From Haliotis rubra (taxonomy: Eukaryota): a stretch of 64,000 nucleotides of DNA. Both the position numbers and the translations under genes were made by a program. Shown here piece by piece: positions 25,614 through 39,470 of this stretch. Within the stretch, counting starts at the first letter, position 1. Each line of letters opens with the position of its first letter. The stretch spans positions 558,001 to 622,000 of the forward strand of contig NW_025767297.1 in NCBI RefSeq assembly GCF_003918875.1. Direction: 5' to 3'. Below the pieces are notes generated by a model that ran no database searches, was not told where the DNA came from, and worked only from the letters and a program-made list of their open reading frames with translations.

Positions 25614-26714
25614 GTCCGTCAAAGCGATATGTTCTTTGCAGTGAACATCAAATGTCTGTCACCCCAGTGAAATATCACTTTTCTGAAACACAGAAATCTC
25701 AGCCCTTCACACTGAAGTATATAACAAATGAGTGCATCTGTACTCAGTACTCTGGAAAAGTGTTGACATATTTCAGGGTTAAATTGCAACGCCATTCTTG
25801 TCGATTCATAACCAAATGGACATGTATTAAAATCTGTAGGTCGCTGTGACCTAGTTAGTCCTCATTGCCAATTGACGTCACGCCACATCTAGACACGCGT
25901 GACGGCAGTTAACGTGATTGACCGAAAACGCCCACGGTTTCGCATGACGTCTTTTAACTACCAAACACTTAATAGAAACAGAGGTTTCTAAATAACATTG
26001 AAGACTAAATGTCATGCAATAATGCGTAACCCGCATTAACGTTGGACTGTAAACATCAATAGGGGACCAGATAGGATAACAAATTGCTACATAAACAATC
26101 GCAATGTGAAAGCGAATTTAACGTGGTTGGTAATTCAATTCCACCATTATTGAATTCCTTTCCCATCATGTAAAACTAAAATCTGGGTCCAACATTCTGT
26201 AATGTTTTATACGTTTATTCACGTTCATCCCACCGTATTTCATTAACGACAAGGAATCCTGTAAAGTGTCGTTTCCTAATGGCGGCATCGGCAACGTCAA
26301 CCGCATTGCGAACGGCGTCATCGCCACACACGGCATCGGATATTAAACGTTGGTGAATCTCTATAGGAACAGGAAAACTCAGCTACGGTGCACCCTGTCA
26401 GATGACTGCTGTTGTTGACTTTGGCACTAAACATCACGGAACCTATGAACTGGCGATGACGTAATTAGTTCTGCTTTAATGGGGGAACACCACACGAACG
26501 TTGTCGAAGCCGTTGGACACGATCATGCGATACAAATAGAAAAATGTTCCTAGATTCAATGTAAATGCATATTTCCGGGTGGGAGTGGCAATGACGTAAT
26601 TAGATTAGTATGAACATGGTGAAAGCTTGAGTAAGTGAGTGAATGAGTGTATGTTGACTACATGTCAAGGTGGTCAAAGAGGTGGCTGAGTGCGTGTTAA
26701 CCTGCTTGAGCATG

Positions 26715-26905
26715 TGTTTGTTTGTTGTTTAACGCCGCACTCAGCAATGTGCCAGCTATATGGAGGCAGTCTGTAAATAATCGAGTCTGGACTAGACAAT
26801 ACAGTGAGCAACAGCATGATTGGGATATGATGTCAAGTCAGCGAGCCTGATCACCTAATCCCATGGATTGCTGAAGACCAATTATAACCCTGATCTTCAC
26901 GGGTA
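26715..26905 (-). mobile_element. SINE family B, deleted copy
   Basis: Ends GATCTTCACGGGT; flanking repeat CTTGAGC. Confidence 0.8.
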
Positions 26906-26924
26906 CTTGAGCGAGTAAAGTGGT

Positions 26925-27060
26925 TGAGTCCCATCGGGTTAGGCGGCTAACTTTGTGTGCTGGCGATTAGGTGCCTAATCTGAGGGTGTGGGTTCGAATC
27001 CTCAACCGAACAAAAGTACTAGAATCTGTACTTTACTGAGAAACTGTAATCCCAAATATA
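26925..27060 (+). mobile_element. tRNA-derived SINE family C
   Basis: B box GGTTCGAATCC and tail AGAATCTGTACTTTACTGAGAAA..GTAATCCC, shared with 38930-39160. Confidence 0.6.
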
Positions 27061-27218
27061 ACATATGTTACAATGACATTGAATCGATATTGCAAACTGA
27101 GGCACTAAAATCCGTCACACCTCCGTAGCAGGCTGTAGAAATAGGGAAGACATAAGTGTCAATATTCCTCAGCAGAACGGACGGAAAATACGTAGGTCAG
27201 AGAATGGAAACCAACCAT

Positions 27219-27387
27219 GAGTGAGTGAGTGAGTTTAGTTTTACGCCGCTTTTAGCAATATTCGAGGAATATCACGGAGGGGGACACCAGAAATGGGCTT
27301 CACACATTTTACCCATGAGGGGAATCGAACCCGGGTCTTCGGACGTGACGAGCCAACGCTTTAACCGCTAGGCTACCCCACCGTCCC
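27219..27387 (-). mobile_element. SINE family A, full length
   Basis: Consensus-like; TSD GGAAACCAACCATGA. Confidence 0.92.
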
Positions 27388-28032
27388 GGAAACCAACCAT
27401 GACCATTCCGACTACGTTGCATAAAATATTAAGCGATAACCTTTCACTGGGCCTATTTTTGTACCAGGAATCAAATGTAATCCGAGCCATGTGCTCTCCT
27501 AGTAGTAATTAGGACACTTTCACATTCCTGCTAATTCAAATGGACTCTCGCACCACGACTCTCCTTTGATGTTGTGTCTTATACGGATTTCAGCAGACAT
27601 TGAACTTTTTCTGGAACGTCATGGGATGCTGGATCGAAGACAATCTGTCCAAAATAACCCGGGAATGCCAATGGTAACCAGTAATATGTCCCCTGTTCAC
27701 GCCTCCCGTCAACGTGTGTGCATGGGGAACATTAGCAACTAGATGCGACTTTGACGACGGTGATGCATCTTTGTGGCTCTCTCCTGCTGACCGAACGGGA
27801 ACAGAGACATCAATACCATATGTTTTTTATCTCGATGAAACTTGAGCAAATTGGCTTCCCGCAATACACAGCGGTGTCTGATCAGAGAATTGTTTTTAAA
27901 ACAAATGTGCTTTTCATGTTATTTATGTTATTTGTATTCTTCAGTCGACATGAACATGGTATCTCATTCTTAACAGTCGTCAACACTTTAGTGCTTAGTG
28001 ATAGTGAAGAGTGGAAACTTGTTTTCTTAGCT

Positions 28033-28093
28033 GTCTGTCTGTCTGTGTGTCTGTCTGTCTGTCAGTCAGTCAGTCAGTCAGGCTGTGTGCTGG

Positions 28094-28152
<59 letters not shown>

Positions 28153-28171
28153 TGTCTGTCTGTCTGTCTGT
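28033..28171. repeat. Compound microsatellite (TGTC)n(TCAG)n(TG)n
   Basis: Direct observation. Confidence 0.95.
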
Positions 28172-29229
28172 CATATTCTAGCATCATGGTCACGTCCTTC
28201 AGCAGACAAACATGGAACTAACATCCCAGAACCATCGAGGCATTCTCCCGAAGATGTCTCGTTCCCTTGCCCATGAAAGATCAGAAGTCGGGAAGGAGTT
28301 GGACCCAAAATGAAATCATAGTTTTTTTCCTCACCAATACCAAGTAGGACTGACCATTTTTGTTCCGGAGAATCAAGTTCGCCCAGTGTTTCGAGTTCCT
28401 ACATAGCAGTGCAGTTCGTCCCTTTGCTAAATTACGATCCACTGGCTGCTGGTGTGAATCGTTGAATTACCAACTGTATGATCATCTGTCTGCCTCTACC
28501 GTATTGTGTCATTATGTTTCAACCAATAATCAGACTTCTCCAATCAGCAGGATTACAGTCGTCAAAGTTGCAACAAAGGCTTTTGCAGCACCTTGAATCA
28601 CAACCATGCACCCAGTCTTACATCGAGTTGGGGACAATGCGTAGAGAAACTGTATGTGAATTTTTCCTATCTGGTGCGGACGAGAAGCATCCAACAGCAT
28701 ATATAATTATTCCATTTCTAGCTATTTATTTGGCTAACCCTAGCTAGTCTGTGTTCCTAATAAAGCCACTGCTCTGCAAACAATGACAGAGTATTCAACT
28801 AACTGTGTCTGACATCGCTCGTTTGTCAAGTCAATATATAGGCTGTAATTCGGCACAATACAAATGTCACGTCACATGTTCCGCGCCCGGGTCTATTGTT
28901 TACCAGCTACTGATCAATAGTTGGGGCCCTTGGAGCTGGAGATTGTAACGATTGGCCAGAAAAAGACGTCAGTAAAGCATAAACGAAAAAAATGTCTTCA
29001 TGACCGATGGAATGAAAGAAATAAACTCTTTTGTCAAACGGAAGTGATTGGTGATGTTGTAAATTGTCGCAGACGTCGTTATAAATGTTTCCCATGGAAT
29101 ATTAAAGATTATTCCATGGTAAATATCACTTCAGTTCGTATTCTGAATGCCATCTTTCACCGGACGCGATGTGGTTAAAAGCTGCATGCTAACGTTGAGT
29201 CAGATATTAAAATGTCCAGTTACACTTGA

Positions 29230-31395
29230 AATGATGAATCATACATGATTATGTTGAGCAGCAAATGTAATAATGAGTTAGATATGGTTGTGTTCAGCAG
29301 CACTTGTTATGTTAAGTCCGATATGGTTGTGTTCAGCAGCACTTGTTATGTTAAGTCCGATATGGTTGTGCTAAGCAGCACTTGTTATGTTAAGTCCGAT
29401 ATGGTTGTGCTAAGCAGCACTTGTTATGTTAAGTCCGATATGGTTGTGCTAAGTAGCACTTAAGCACTAATCTCGTGTCAGATATGATTTAATAAATGTG
29501 CTAAGCAGCACTTGGAAATGTTGTTAAGTAATATTAGGTTGCAATGATAAGCAGCACATGTTAAAGTCACATATAATGATGTTAAGAAGCACATGTCATG
29601 TGGGTCCGATATATAGGTTGTGTTAAGCAGCACTTATGTGTTAAGTAGCACGATATGATATTGTGTTGTTGTTATGTTAAGTCCGATAGATATTATGTTG
29701 AGCAGCACATGTAATGTTGTGTCATAGATATTATGTTGAGTAGCACATGCAATGTTGTGTCATGATATTATGTTAAGCACCGATAGCACATGTAATGTTG
29801 TGTCATAGATATTATGTTGTAGCAACATGCAATGTTGTATCATAGATATTATGTAAGCAGCACTTGTTATGTTAAGTCCGATAAATATTGTGTTAAGTAG
29901 CACATGTAATGTTAAGTGTCATAGATATTATGCTAGTAGCACATGCAATGTTGTGTCATAGATATTATGTTAAGTAGCACATGTTGTGGAGTCATGATAT
30001 TAATGTTGTGTCATAGATATTATGTTAAGTAGCACATGTAATGTTGTGTCATAGATATTATGTTGAGTAGCACATGCAATGTTGTAGTCATAGATATTAT
30101 GTTAAGTAGCACATGTAATGTTGTGTCATAGATATTATGTTGAGTAGCACATGCAATGTTGTGTCATAGATATTATGTTGAGTAGCACATGTAATGTTGT
30201 GTCATAGATATTATGTGAGTAGCACATGTAATGTTGTGTCATAGATATTATGTTAAGTAGCACATGCAATGTTGTGTCATAGATATTATGTTGAGTAGCA
30301 CATGTAATGTTGTGTCATAGATATTATGTTGAGTAGCACATGTAATGTTGTGTCATAGATATTATGTTGAGTAGCACATGTAATGTTGTGTCATAGATAT
30401 TATGTTGTTGTAGCACATGTATTGTGTTGAGTAGCATATGTAATGTTGTGTCATAGATATTATGTAAGTAGCACATGTAATGTTGTGTCATAGATATTAT
30501 GTTGAGTAGCACATGTAATGTTGTGTCATAGATATTATGTTGAGTAGCACATGTAAATGTAATATAATTGTTGAGTACGCCACATCAGCAAATCCCAGTT
30601 ATGTCATGGCGGCGGTATGTTAAATAGCACATGTAATGTTGTGTCATAGATATTATGTTAGCAAGTAAGTTGTGTCATAGATAATGTTGAACATGTCATA
30701 GATATTATGTGAGTAGCACATGTAATGTTGTGTCATAGATATTATGTTGAGTAGCACATGCAATGTTGTGTCATAGATATTATGTTAAGTAGCACATGCA
30801 ATGTTGTGTCATAGTATTATGTTAAGTAGCACATACAATGTTGTGTCATAGATATTATGTTAAGTAGCACATGTAATGTTGTGTCATAGATATTATGTTA
30901 AGTAGCACATGTAATGTTGTGTCATAGATATTATGTTGAGTAGCACATGTAATGTTGTGTCATAGATATTATGTTAAGTAGCACATGTAATGTTGTGTCA
31001 TAGATATTGTGTTTAGTAGCACATGTAATGTTGTAACATACATATTATGTTGAGTGACACATGTTGTGTCATAATATAATTGTGAGTGAGTCAGTGAGTT
31101 TAGTTTTACGCCACACTCAGCAATATCCCAGCTATATGGCGGCGGTCTGTAAATAATCGAGTCTGGACCAGACAATCCAGTGATCAACAGCATGAGCATG
31201 TTATTATGTTGAATAGCACATGTAATGTTGTGTCATAGATATTATGTTGTCGTTATGTTGTAAAATAATATGTATGTCACAACATTATATATGTAATGTG
31301 CTACTTAGCATAATATGTATGACACAACATTACATGTGCTACTCAACATAATATGTATGACACAACATTACATGTGCTACTCAACATAATGCGTA
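29230..31395. repeat. 39/38-bp minisatellite array with a terminal inverted block
   Basis: 39-bp GATATGGTTGTGTTCAGCAGCACTTGTTATGTTAAGTCC grades into 38-bp ATAGATATTATGTTGAGTAGCACATGTAATGTTGTGTC; units reverse-complemented after ~31265. Confidence 0.92.
31082..31200 (-). mobile_element. SINE family B 3' half inserted in the minisatellite
   Basis: Tail and body match family B. Confidence 0.85.
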
Positions 31396-32779
31396 TGCTT
31401 GTGTTGAGAGGAGAGCCTCAGCTGATGCAGTCCATACACTTGTTCAATAAGATGCTCTAAATATATGCGACGGAACCCTTTCCATGGTATGTCTCAGATT
31501 GCCCAAACGAAATTATTTTTCCTTCCGGCAAGCCCTTTCTGCAACGCAAAGCCCCTAAATCAAGCAATTCACGATTCTCCACAGGTTCTAAACACCCTGG
31601 GAATCACATGGGCTACTTTTCAGTTTGAGAGGAGTTAGTTGTTTCTATCCAAAATGTTTTTTTTCATAGACTTAGTGTGCGTTTACAACCCTGACACAAC
31701 CTCTGAATCATCAATAGTGTATCCTGTCAAATGTTAAAAACCATAAAACGGTGTGGTGTCAATATTACCAGTTTATTGTTACTCCAGCTAGAATATATAA
31801 CATTGCTCAATATCATCCGAGACAGGAGCCATTTCTTCAGCTCAATTTATCTTATTTTGATTCAGCACATGTATTCAAAAAACAGTAAAACATGTACAAA
31901 CACATACAAACGGCATGAAGGGTCGTAGCCATCCCCCTTATGCCATGACAAGCGATATCATGTACATAGACGACTGTAGTGCCTTGTAATCTGTACTTGG
32001 TATCAGACAAGCATTATTATCACAGCAGGAATCACAACTATCTGGGGAGTTCACCCCTTTTAACATGGTGCTGTGCCGCCTTTTGGCGAGAACGATAAGT
32101 GAAGGCAATTTCCCAGAAAGATAAAGAAGGTTCTGAATTTGGCAGATAGGCTTCTCTGTAGGAGCTGTTCACGACTATGTATTGTGTTACTGTAATCAGT
32201 GATTATGAGAAATAAGATACAGTCTGTGTTTGCACGTCTACGAGATAGTAAATATACCTTGACGCTTGAGGCGATTTCCGCAGGATTTAATAAGCGGCAG
32301 TGAGATGAAATGAGGTTTAACGTTGTGTTCCACTTTCAAAAGATTTCCCCTCTTATGTAGCCATTTGCGTGAAGCGTTGTGTGTGGCTGCCTGTGCTAGT
32401 CCTGACTAGTACATGTGTACTGAGGGCCAGTCAGAGTAAAACCAATCATTATCGCATTAGGTTAACCAATAGGGAGGAACAGTTTTTTATGGATAAACAA
32501 ATTCTTTGTTGCAATAGATGCGACGTTTCGGTGTAGATCCTTTATTGACTTATTGTGTTTACGTACATTCTAGATGTCACTTAAAGAAATTACCAAAGGG
32601 CCCAGGCACAAGAATAACCTTTGTGCTAAACTAAATTATACCCAAATATACATACAATATAAATACCAAATTAAATTATTGTTAAAATACATCGATAGTT
32701 CGACATTAATTACATGTACTTTGGTCATCATGAATCCAGACAGCATAGATTTTGTCAGACAGAAAGCGCGGTTAACGTT

Positions 32780-32953
32780 GATGTGTACCGTTCTGACGCT
32801 GAAGACCCGAGTTCCATTCTCTACCTTTGTAATACCTGTGAAGCCCATTTCTGGCGTCACATCACTCCCATCCCTCCCCCATCCTCACCCCCCCGTAATA
32901 TAACTCGGATATTTCTAAACGTGACGTAAAACCTTAATATTCACTCACTCACT
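32780..32953 (+). mobile_element. SINE family A, degenerate
   Basis: GAAGACCCGAGTTCCATT..GAAGCCCATTTCTGG..(ACTC)n. Confidence 0.6.
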
Positions 32954-33019
32954 TCCACATACAGAACCCTCAATAACGAGACCTATAACCTTAGCTGGTT
33001 GGTTGGTCGGCTGGTTGAG

Positions 33020-33254
33020 TGCTTGGTTGTTTAACCAGCACTAAGCAGTATTCCAGCTATATGGCGGCGGTCTGTAAATAATCGGGCCTGGACCAGACAA
33101 TCCAGTGATCAACAGCATGAGCATCGATGTACGCAATTGGGATACGATGACATGCGTCAACCAAGTCAGTGAGTCTGACCACCCGATCCTGTTAGTCGCC
33201 TCTTACGACAAGCATGGGTTGCTGAAGATCAGTTCTAACCCGGGTCTTCGCAGG
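33020..33254 (-). mobile_element. SINE family B, near full length
   Basis: Reverse-complement match to family B. Confidence 0.88.
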
Positions 33255-33270
33255 TAGAACTATAACCAAT

Positions 33271-33522
33271 AAGGGACCGTTTTATGATATTAGGGGGTAC
33301 TAGTATATATTTCATGTTTGAGACAGCAGTTTTTCTGTCAATGATAGTTTAAAAAATTACACTTTTCTTCCCGTAGGAAGGACTTGAACATTTCAGAGGA
33401 CAACAAGCCCAGCAAACCAATTTTTACTTGTACAAAAATCCATTATACTTTTTTCTCGTATTTTCTGGAACGAATTATTTTTTTCTAAACACAATTCCAG
33501 AATACCAAATAGACTCTCCTTA
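33271..33522. mobile_element. Possible PIF/Harbinger-type MITE
   Basis: TAAGGGACCGTTT ... AAATAGACTCTCCTTA, weak TIRs in a TAA/TTA context. Confidence 0.35.
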
Positions 33523-34229
33523 AGTAAATTTATGTTTCATTGGATCTTTTATGCGTTTCATCCCCATGAAATGTATTACTGTTGTTAATTGCATGTCTGT
33601 GATCTCTCCGCTACTTTCAAAGTCATAATCAATTACACCGACAGACATGCTGATATATATTGCCCCTCTGATCCCCAGTGTAATTTCATTACGGGCGAAG
33701 GTGATAGAGCTTAATACAATCCATCCTTAGGGACCAGTGGCAAGGTCGCATTGCTTCTGATGAAGATATTAAACACAATGAGGCAATTAAGTATTCATAA
33801 ACATACACATAGTAAACGAATACGCTTGCCCCACGCTTGTAGTTGCAGAGACGGCGCGCACTTACTGTAATAGATCACCCTCAATCGATTCAGTCATTCT
33901 TTGGAGTCTCTGAGCACTGACGTGGGAGATGAGATCGTTATTACAAGTTGCCTTCTCACTGCGTATATTTTTAACCATCAGTACAAAGCTAACCCTTTGG
34001 GATATGAAGGAGTTATTCTGTTCAACTCGTAAAGCCTTTTCTCGGATGTTCGGGCATTACATGGCGATTTGTATTCCTCTTCAAACGGGAGAACTAATGT
34101 ACTTGACTGAGACTAAGGCGTTGTTGCGTCGTTTCGTGATCCAAACAGCAATATAAAAAACTACATATGTTTTTGTTTTTGTTTTGTGTCGCATTTTTCA
34201 TTCTTTTTGTTGTTGTTATTGATTGTATT

Positions 34230-35312
34230 TGTTATACCGCTACAACAACTTCAATTTGACCAACGATCGCCCGAGAAGTGGAAGGCCAAGAATCACGACC
34301 CCCCTTCAAGATCGGTACATCCGGGTCCATCACCTGCGTAATCGGCATGCCCTACCAACCGTGACTGCCACACAAATACCAGGTTTGAGGAGAGTGTCAG
34401 CTCAAACGATTAGGAACCGTCTGAAAGAAGCGGGTTTACGTGCCTGTAGACCAGTTGTTGGACCTGTACTACGCCCCCTACATCGACGCCGACGACTCAG
34501 GTGGTGCAACAACGTAAGGATACGGACTTTACAAAACTGGAGGCGAATCTGGTTTCTGATGAATCACGTTTTCTTTTGCAACGTCACGACGGAAGACAGC
34601 GTCTGTATAGGAGACGTCATAAACGTTTTGCGCCCATCTACGTCCGACAGGTGGACAGATTTGGCGGAGAAAGCGTCATGGTTTGGGGAACCATCTCATA
34701 CAACCAGAAATCAGACTTGGTGATCGTTCAGGGAACCTGACAGCCCAACGTTACATCAACCACGTGTTAGAGCTTCACCTTCTCCCGATTATTGACCAAC
34801 AGACACAGATTTTCAACGGACAACGCCCGGCCTCATACTGCACGTGCAACAATGAACTTTCTGCAGAATTCCAACGTCAATGTCTTGCCATGACCCTCTC
34901 AATCACCAGACCTCAACCCTATTGAACACCTGTGGGATACTCTGGATCGACGCGTACGTCAACGTCAGCCGCCGCCACAGACGCTGCAACAGCTCGCCGT
35001 TGCACTGCAGGAGGAGTGGAGAGCCATTCCCCAGGAAAGAATCCGGCGTCTTATCCGTTCTTGTCCAAGGAGATGCCGTGCAGTGATTGCAGCGCGTGGT
35101 GCTCATACGAGATACTGAGAAAGACGCCCCCTGGTGACAAACTGGTGTCTGTGAGATGACTTTTGAAATGACAATTTTAAACATGCCCATCTGGGTTATT
35201 ATTCTGCCAAATTTCAGACTTCTGTCTTAAATAATGAAAATGCCGTGTCGTCCTAAAACTTCACAGATCAAAATCTCTAAAATACAGGGGTTGCGTTTCT
35301 TTTTGACAGAGT
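34230..35312 (+). mobile_element. 5'-truncated Tc1 (DD34E) transposon, frameshifted transposase
   Basis: DRPRSGRPRITT, SDESRF, GGESVMVWG, DNARPH-x-SPDLNPIEHLWD with 34-residue D-to-E spacing; right TIR TTGCGTTTCTTTTTG similar to 3620-3645. Confidence 0.9.
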
Positions 35313-35436
35313 TATATTTGTGCTATGGGCAGAAGTCCTGACATTACAGATTCATGAACATTATCACAGGAAAAGGCAAAGAATAGCACAGTTTATGTCT
35401 TTGATCAGTCGTGATCATCACCCTAAATCATTTCGC

Positions 35437-36835
35437 ATGCAGCATATGATTAGCACCCTCACTCATATGGCATGCAGCATATGATTAACATCCTCACTCA
35501 CATGACATGCAGCATATGATTATCACCCTCACTCACATGACATGCAGCATATGATTATCACCCTCACTCACATGGCATGCGGTATATGATTATCACCCTC
35601 ACTCACATGACATGCAGCATATGATTATCACCCTCACTCACATGACATGCGGCATATGATTTTCAACGTCAGTCATATGTCATGCAGTATATGATTATCA
35701 CCCTCACTCACATGACATGCAGCATATGATTATCACCCTCACTCACATGACATGCAGCATATGATTATCACCCTCACTCACATGGCATGCGGTATATGAT
35801 TATCACCCTCACTCACATGACATGCAGCATATGATTATCACCCTCACTCACATGACATGCAGCATATGATTATCACCCTCACTCACATGACATGCAGCAT
35901 ATGATTATCACCCTCACTCACATACATGACATGCAGCATGTGATTATCAGCCTCACTCACATGGCATGCAGCATATGATTATCACCCCTCACTCACATGG
36001 CATGCAGCATATGATTATCACCCTCACTCACATGACATGCAGCATATTATTATCACCCTCACTCACATGGCATGCGGCATATGATTATCACCCTCACTCA
36101 CATGACATGCAGCATATGGTTATCGCCCTCACTCATATGACATGCAGCATATGATTATCACCCTCACTCACATGACATGCAGCATGTGATTATCACCCTC
36201 ACTCACATGTCATGCAGCATATGATTATCACCCTCACTCACATGACATGCAGCATATGATTATCACCCTCACTCACATGACATGCAGCATGTGATTATCA
36301 CCCTCACTCATATGTCATGCAGTATATGATTATCACCCTCACTCACATGACATGCAGCATATGATTATCACCCTCACTCACATGACATGCAGCATGTGAT
36401 TATCACCCTCACTCACATGACATGCAGCATGTGATTATCACCCTCACTCACATGACATGCAGCATGTGATTATCACCCTCACTCACATGACATGCAGCAT
36501 ATGATTATCACCCTCACTCATATGTCATGCAGTATATGATTATCACCCTCACTCACATGACATGCAGCATGTGATTATCACCCTCACTCACATGACATGC
36601 AGCATGTGATTATCACCCTCACTCACATGACATGCAGCATGTGATTATCACCCTCACTCACATGACATGCAGTATATGATTTTCAACGTCACTCATATGT
36701 CATGCAGCATATGATTATCACCCTCACTCACATGACATGCACCATGTGATTATCACATGCAGCCATGACATGCCTCACATGCAGCATATGTCATTATCAC
36801 CCTCACTCACATGACATGCAGCATATGATTATCAC
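35437..36835. repeat. 35-bp minisatellite (CATGACATGCAGCATATGATTATCACCCTCACTCA)n
   Basis: 35-bp period, about 40 units. Confidence 0.95.
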
Positions 36836-37255
36836 TGACGCAACCTTTGAACTGACAGCGAAATACCATCAGCAAATTAACATTAAGAAACAAACAGGTA
36901 TATTCCACCAACATATACGAATATCATGTAACGTAACAGTTTCGATGAATTCCTTTTGTAAAGAGTCTTGTTTGATGCATATTTTAGTTGATAGACAATG
37001 GTCCATTCATATACGTTTCAGGTATTTTCCCTTTACACAAACGGAATCGGTTTTTGATGATAGTCAGTGCTGGGTGTTTTCTTTTGCTCTGACGTTTTAT
37101 ATTGAGATTTAGATTTTATATAATGGAAGCTAAAGAAAGAAAACCGTTGTCACGGAAGGCAGACATCGAGCGACCCCAAAGATTTCAAGTAACACGTGAT
37201 CTAAATGTATCTTTACGTAATTGGTTTTCTTCAACGTAGCAGTACTATGACAACT

Positions 37256-37595
37256 GACCGCCTCGTTGGTGTACTGGTTAGGGCGTCCGCTCGTAAAGCG
37301 GAAGGTCGCGGGTTCGATCCCAGTCCGCGTCATACCAAAAGACGTTAAAATATGGTACTTGTTTGTCCCCGCCTGGTGCTCGGCATGAAGTGGTACAACA
37401 AGAACTGGTCAGCTCGGAGTTAGTATACTGTGTCTGAGTGGGGTATTCATGCTTCACTGCTGCATGGTATCTCAGTGGGCTAGCATTATAGAACCAGTTT
37501 AAGTCTGGGCTAGTACAAGCAGCCACACATACACATACACATGCATGCACGTCGTCATGTGGGCGAATGTACAAACCCCATTTCACCTCACCTTA
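37256..37595 (+). mobile_element. tRNA-headed SINE with a Meta/MESC-like body
   Basis: A box TGGTGTACTGG, B box GGTTCGATCCC, then GTCATACCAAAAGAC..AAAATATGGTAC..GTGTCTGAGTGGGG; resembles mollusc MetaSINEs from recall. Confidence 0.7.
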
Positions 37596-38229
37596 CTATG
37601 ATAATTATCAGTTGATTTCTGTAGAATAAGCTAGAAACTACGTGAATAATATATGCTTCTTTTTATATCAAGCAGCGCATACTTGGACAGATCGATGACT
37701 CCTTTTTTTCACCCTAAAGTACAAATTCACACCTGTTTGTTTGAATATGTATGAAACTGGTGACAGTTAATGTCATTGTATTTTGCGGCGCGATACTTTT
37801 AGTTTAACATTATTAAGATGGTTGGATCACTCTCAAATACCTTCTTGAACCAAACTCCACAACATTCCAACACCGCGTTGATCATGTCGCCCTGCCATGG
37901 ACAACAAGAGAAAAGAAAGACATTAAAAGAAAATCGACATTAATGCATAAAACATTTATCAGATAACCTTTCACTTGGCCATTTTTTATACCAGGAAGCA
38001 AGTGTAATCAGGGCCATGTAATATCCTAACGGTAATTACTACACTTTCACAATCAAATAGATTCTCGCATCACGTCTCTCGCTTGATGAAGTGTTTTATG
38101 CAGATGTAAGCAGACATTGAACTTTCTGGAATGTCATGGGATTCTGGATCGAAGACAATCTGTCCAAAATAACCCCACAATGTCAATGGTAACAAGCATA
38201 ATGACTTCAATTCAAATCCGTTTTTGGGG

Positions 38230-38781
38230 TGGGGAAACCAACAACAAACTAAAACACGGAAACCAGGTTGAAACCTACAATAAACGAAAACATGGAAACC
38301 AGGTTGAAACCTACAATAAACGAAAACATGGAAACCAGGTTGAAACCTACAATAAACGAAAACATGGAAACCAGGTTGAAACCTACAATAAACGAAAACA
38401 TGGAAACCAGGTTGACGAAAACCTACAATGAAACCTACAAAACGAAAACATGGAAACATGGAAACCAATAAAGGTTGGAAACCAGGTTGAAACCTACAAT
38501 AAACGAAAACATGGAAACCAGGTTGAAACCTACAATAAACGAAAACATGGAAACTAGGTTGAAACCAACAATAAACTAAAACATGGAAACCAGCTGGATC
38601 CTGCTTGGAGGAGTGGGTAATGAATCGCACTGGAAACCAATGGTGCAAACTTCAGTTTCAGTTTTCATGGAAACCACAATGAAACTGTAGGAAACTAACT
38701 TGGAAACCAACTGGAAATGGTGGTTTCCATGGCGTTTCTTCTCAGTTTCAGTGTTCCGGAAACCATCTTATTTTTGTAGTG
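38230..38781. mobile_element. CACTA/CMC-like non-autonomous element end with 36-bp subterminal tandem repeats
   Basis: (GGAAACCAGGTTGAAACCTACAATAAACGAAAACAT)n, dispersed GGAAAC motifs, terminus TTTTTGTAGTG (reverse complement CACTACAAAAA). Confidence 0.55.
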
Positions 38782-38929
38782 CATGAGCTGCTACAAGCGA
38801 CATTGACGACGGCGGTAATGCATCTTTTACACATAATCATGCTACCCTACTGGGAACTTGGACACAATACCTTTAGTTAAGAATACACAATGCCATTTAG
38901 AAAGTGGCCAAACGTACATTGTAACATCT

Positions 38930-39160
38930 ATAGTTGGGATTACACTTTCTCAGTAAAATACAGCTTCTTGTACTTTTGGGAGGTTGAGTCCCATCCGGGA
39001 TTCGAACCCACACTCTCAGTCACACAGTCAGTCAGGCACCTAACCGAGAGCACACACGGTCAGCGATCTAACCCGCTCAGCCACCAACCGGATCCCCGTT
39101 CGAATCCTGGACATGACTCAACACAAGAATCTGTACTGAGAAAGTACAATCCCTAATAAT
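38930..39160 (-). mobile_element. SINE family C, joined to a short forward fragment
   Basis: Reverse-complement tail and GGATTCGAACCC, then a forward GTTCGAATCC...AGAATCTGTACTGAGAAAG. Confidence 0.6.
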
Positions 39161-39304
39161 ACTGTTATATATCTGTCGTTGAAAATGATGATACGCAGTA
39201 TTGAATTATGATCCCGCTGGTTTCAAGCAATATTGTTGATGTCTCCTAAGGTTTTGCAGAATAAAATTCAGATCCCAAGGATGTCGCTCCTTTGGCTGTT
39301 CCTA

Positions 39305-39470
39305 GGGGGCGGTGGGGTAGCCTAGTGGTTAAAGTGTTCGCTGGGCACGCTGAATTCCCGGTTCGATTCCCCTCATGGGTACAATGTATGAAGCCCATTT
39401 CTGGTGTCCCCCGCCGTGATATTGCTGGAATATTGCTAAAAGCGGCGTAAAACCCAACTCACTCACTCAC
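39305..39470 (+). mobile_element. SINE family A
   Basis: GGGGGCGGTGGGGTAGCCTAGTGG...GGTTCGATTCC...(ACTC)n. Confidence 0.92.

Noticed and set aside
37256-37330. tRNA gene calls for this segment and for family A heads
   Set aside because: A and B boxes are present, but there is no closed acceptor stem and each continues into a SINE body and tail
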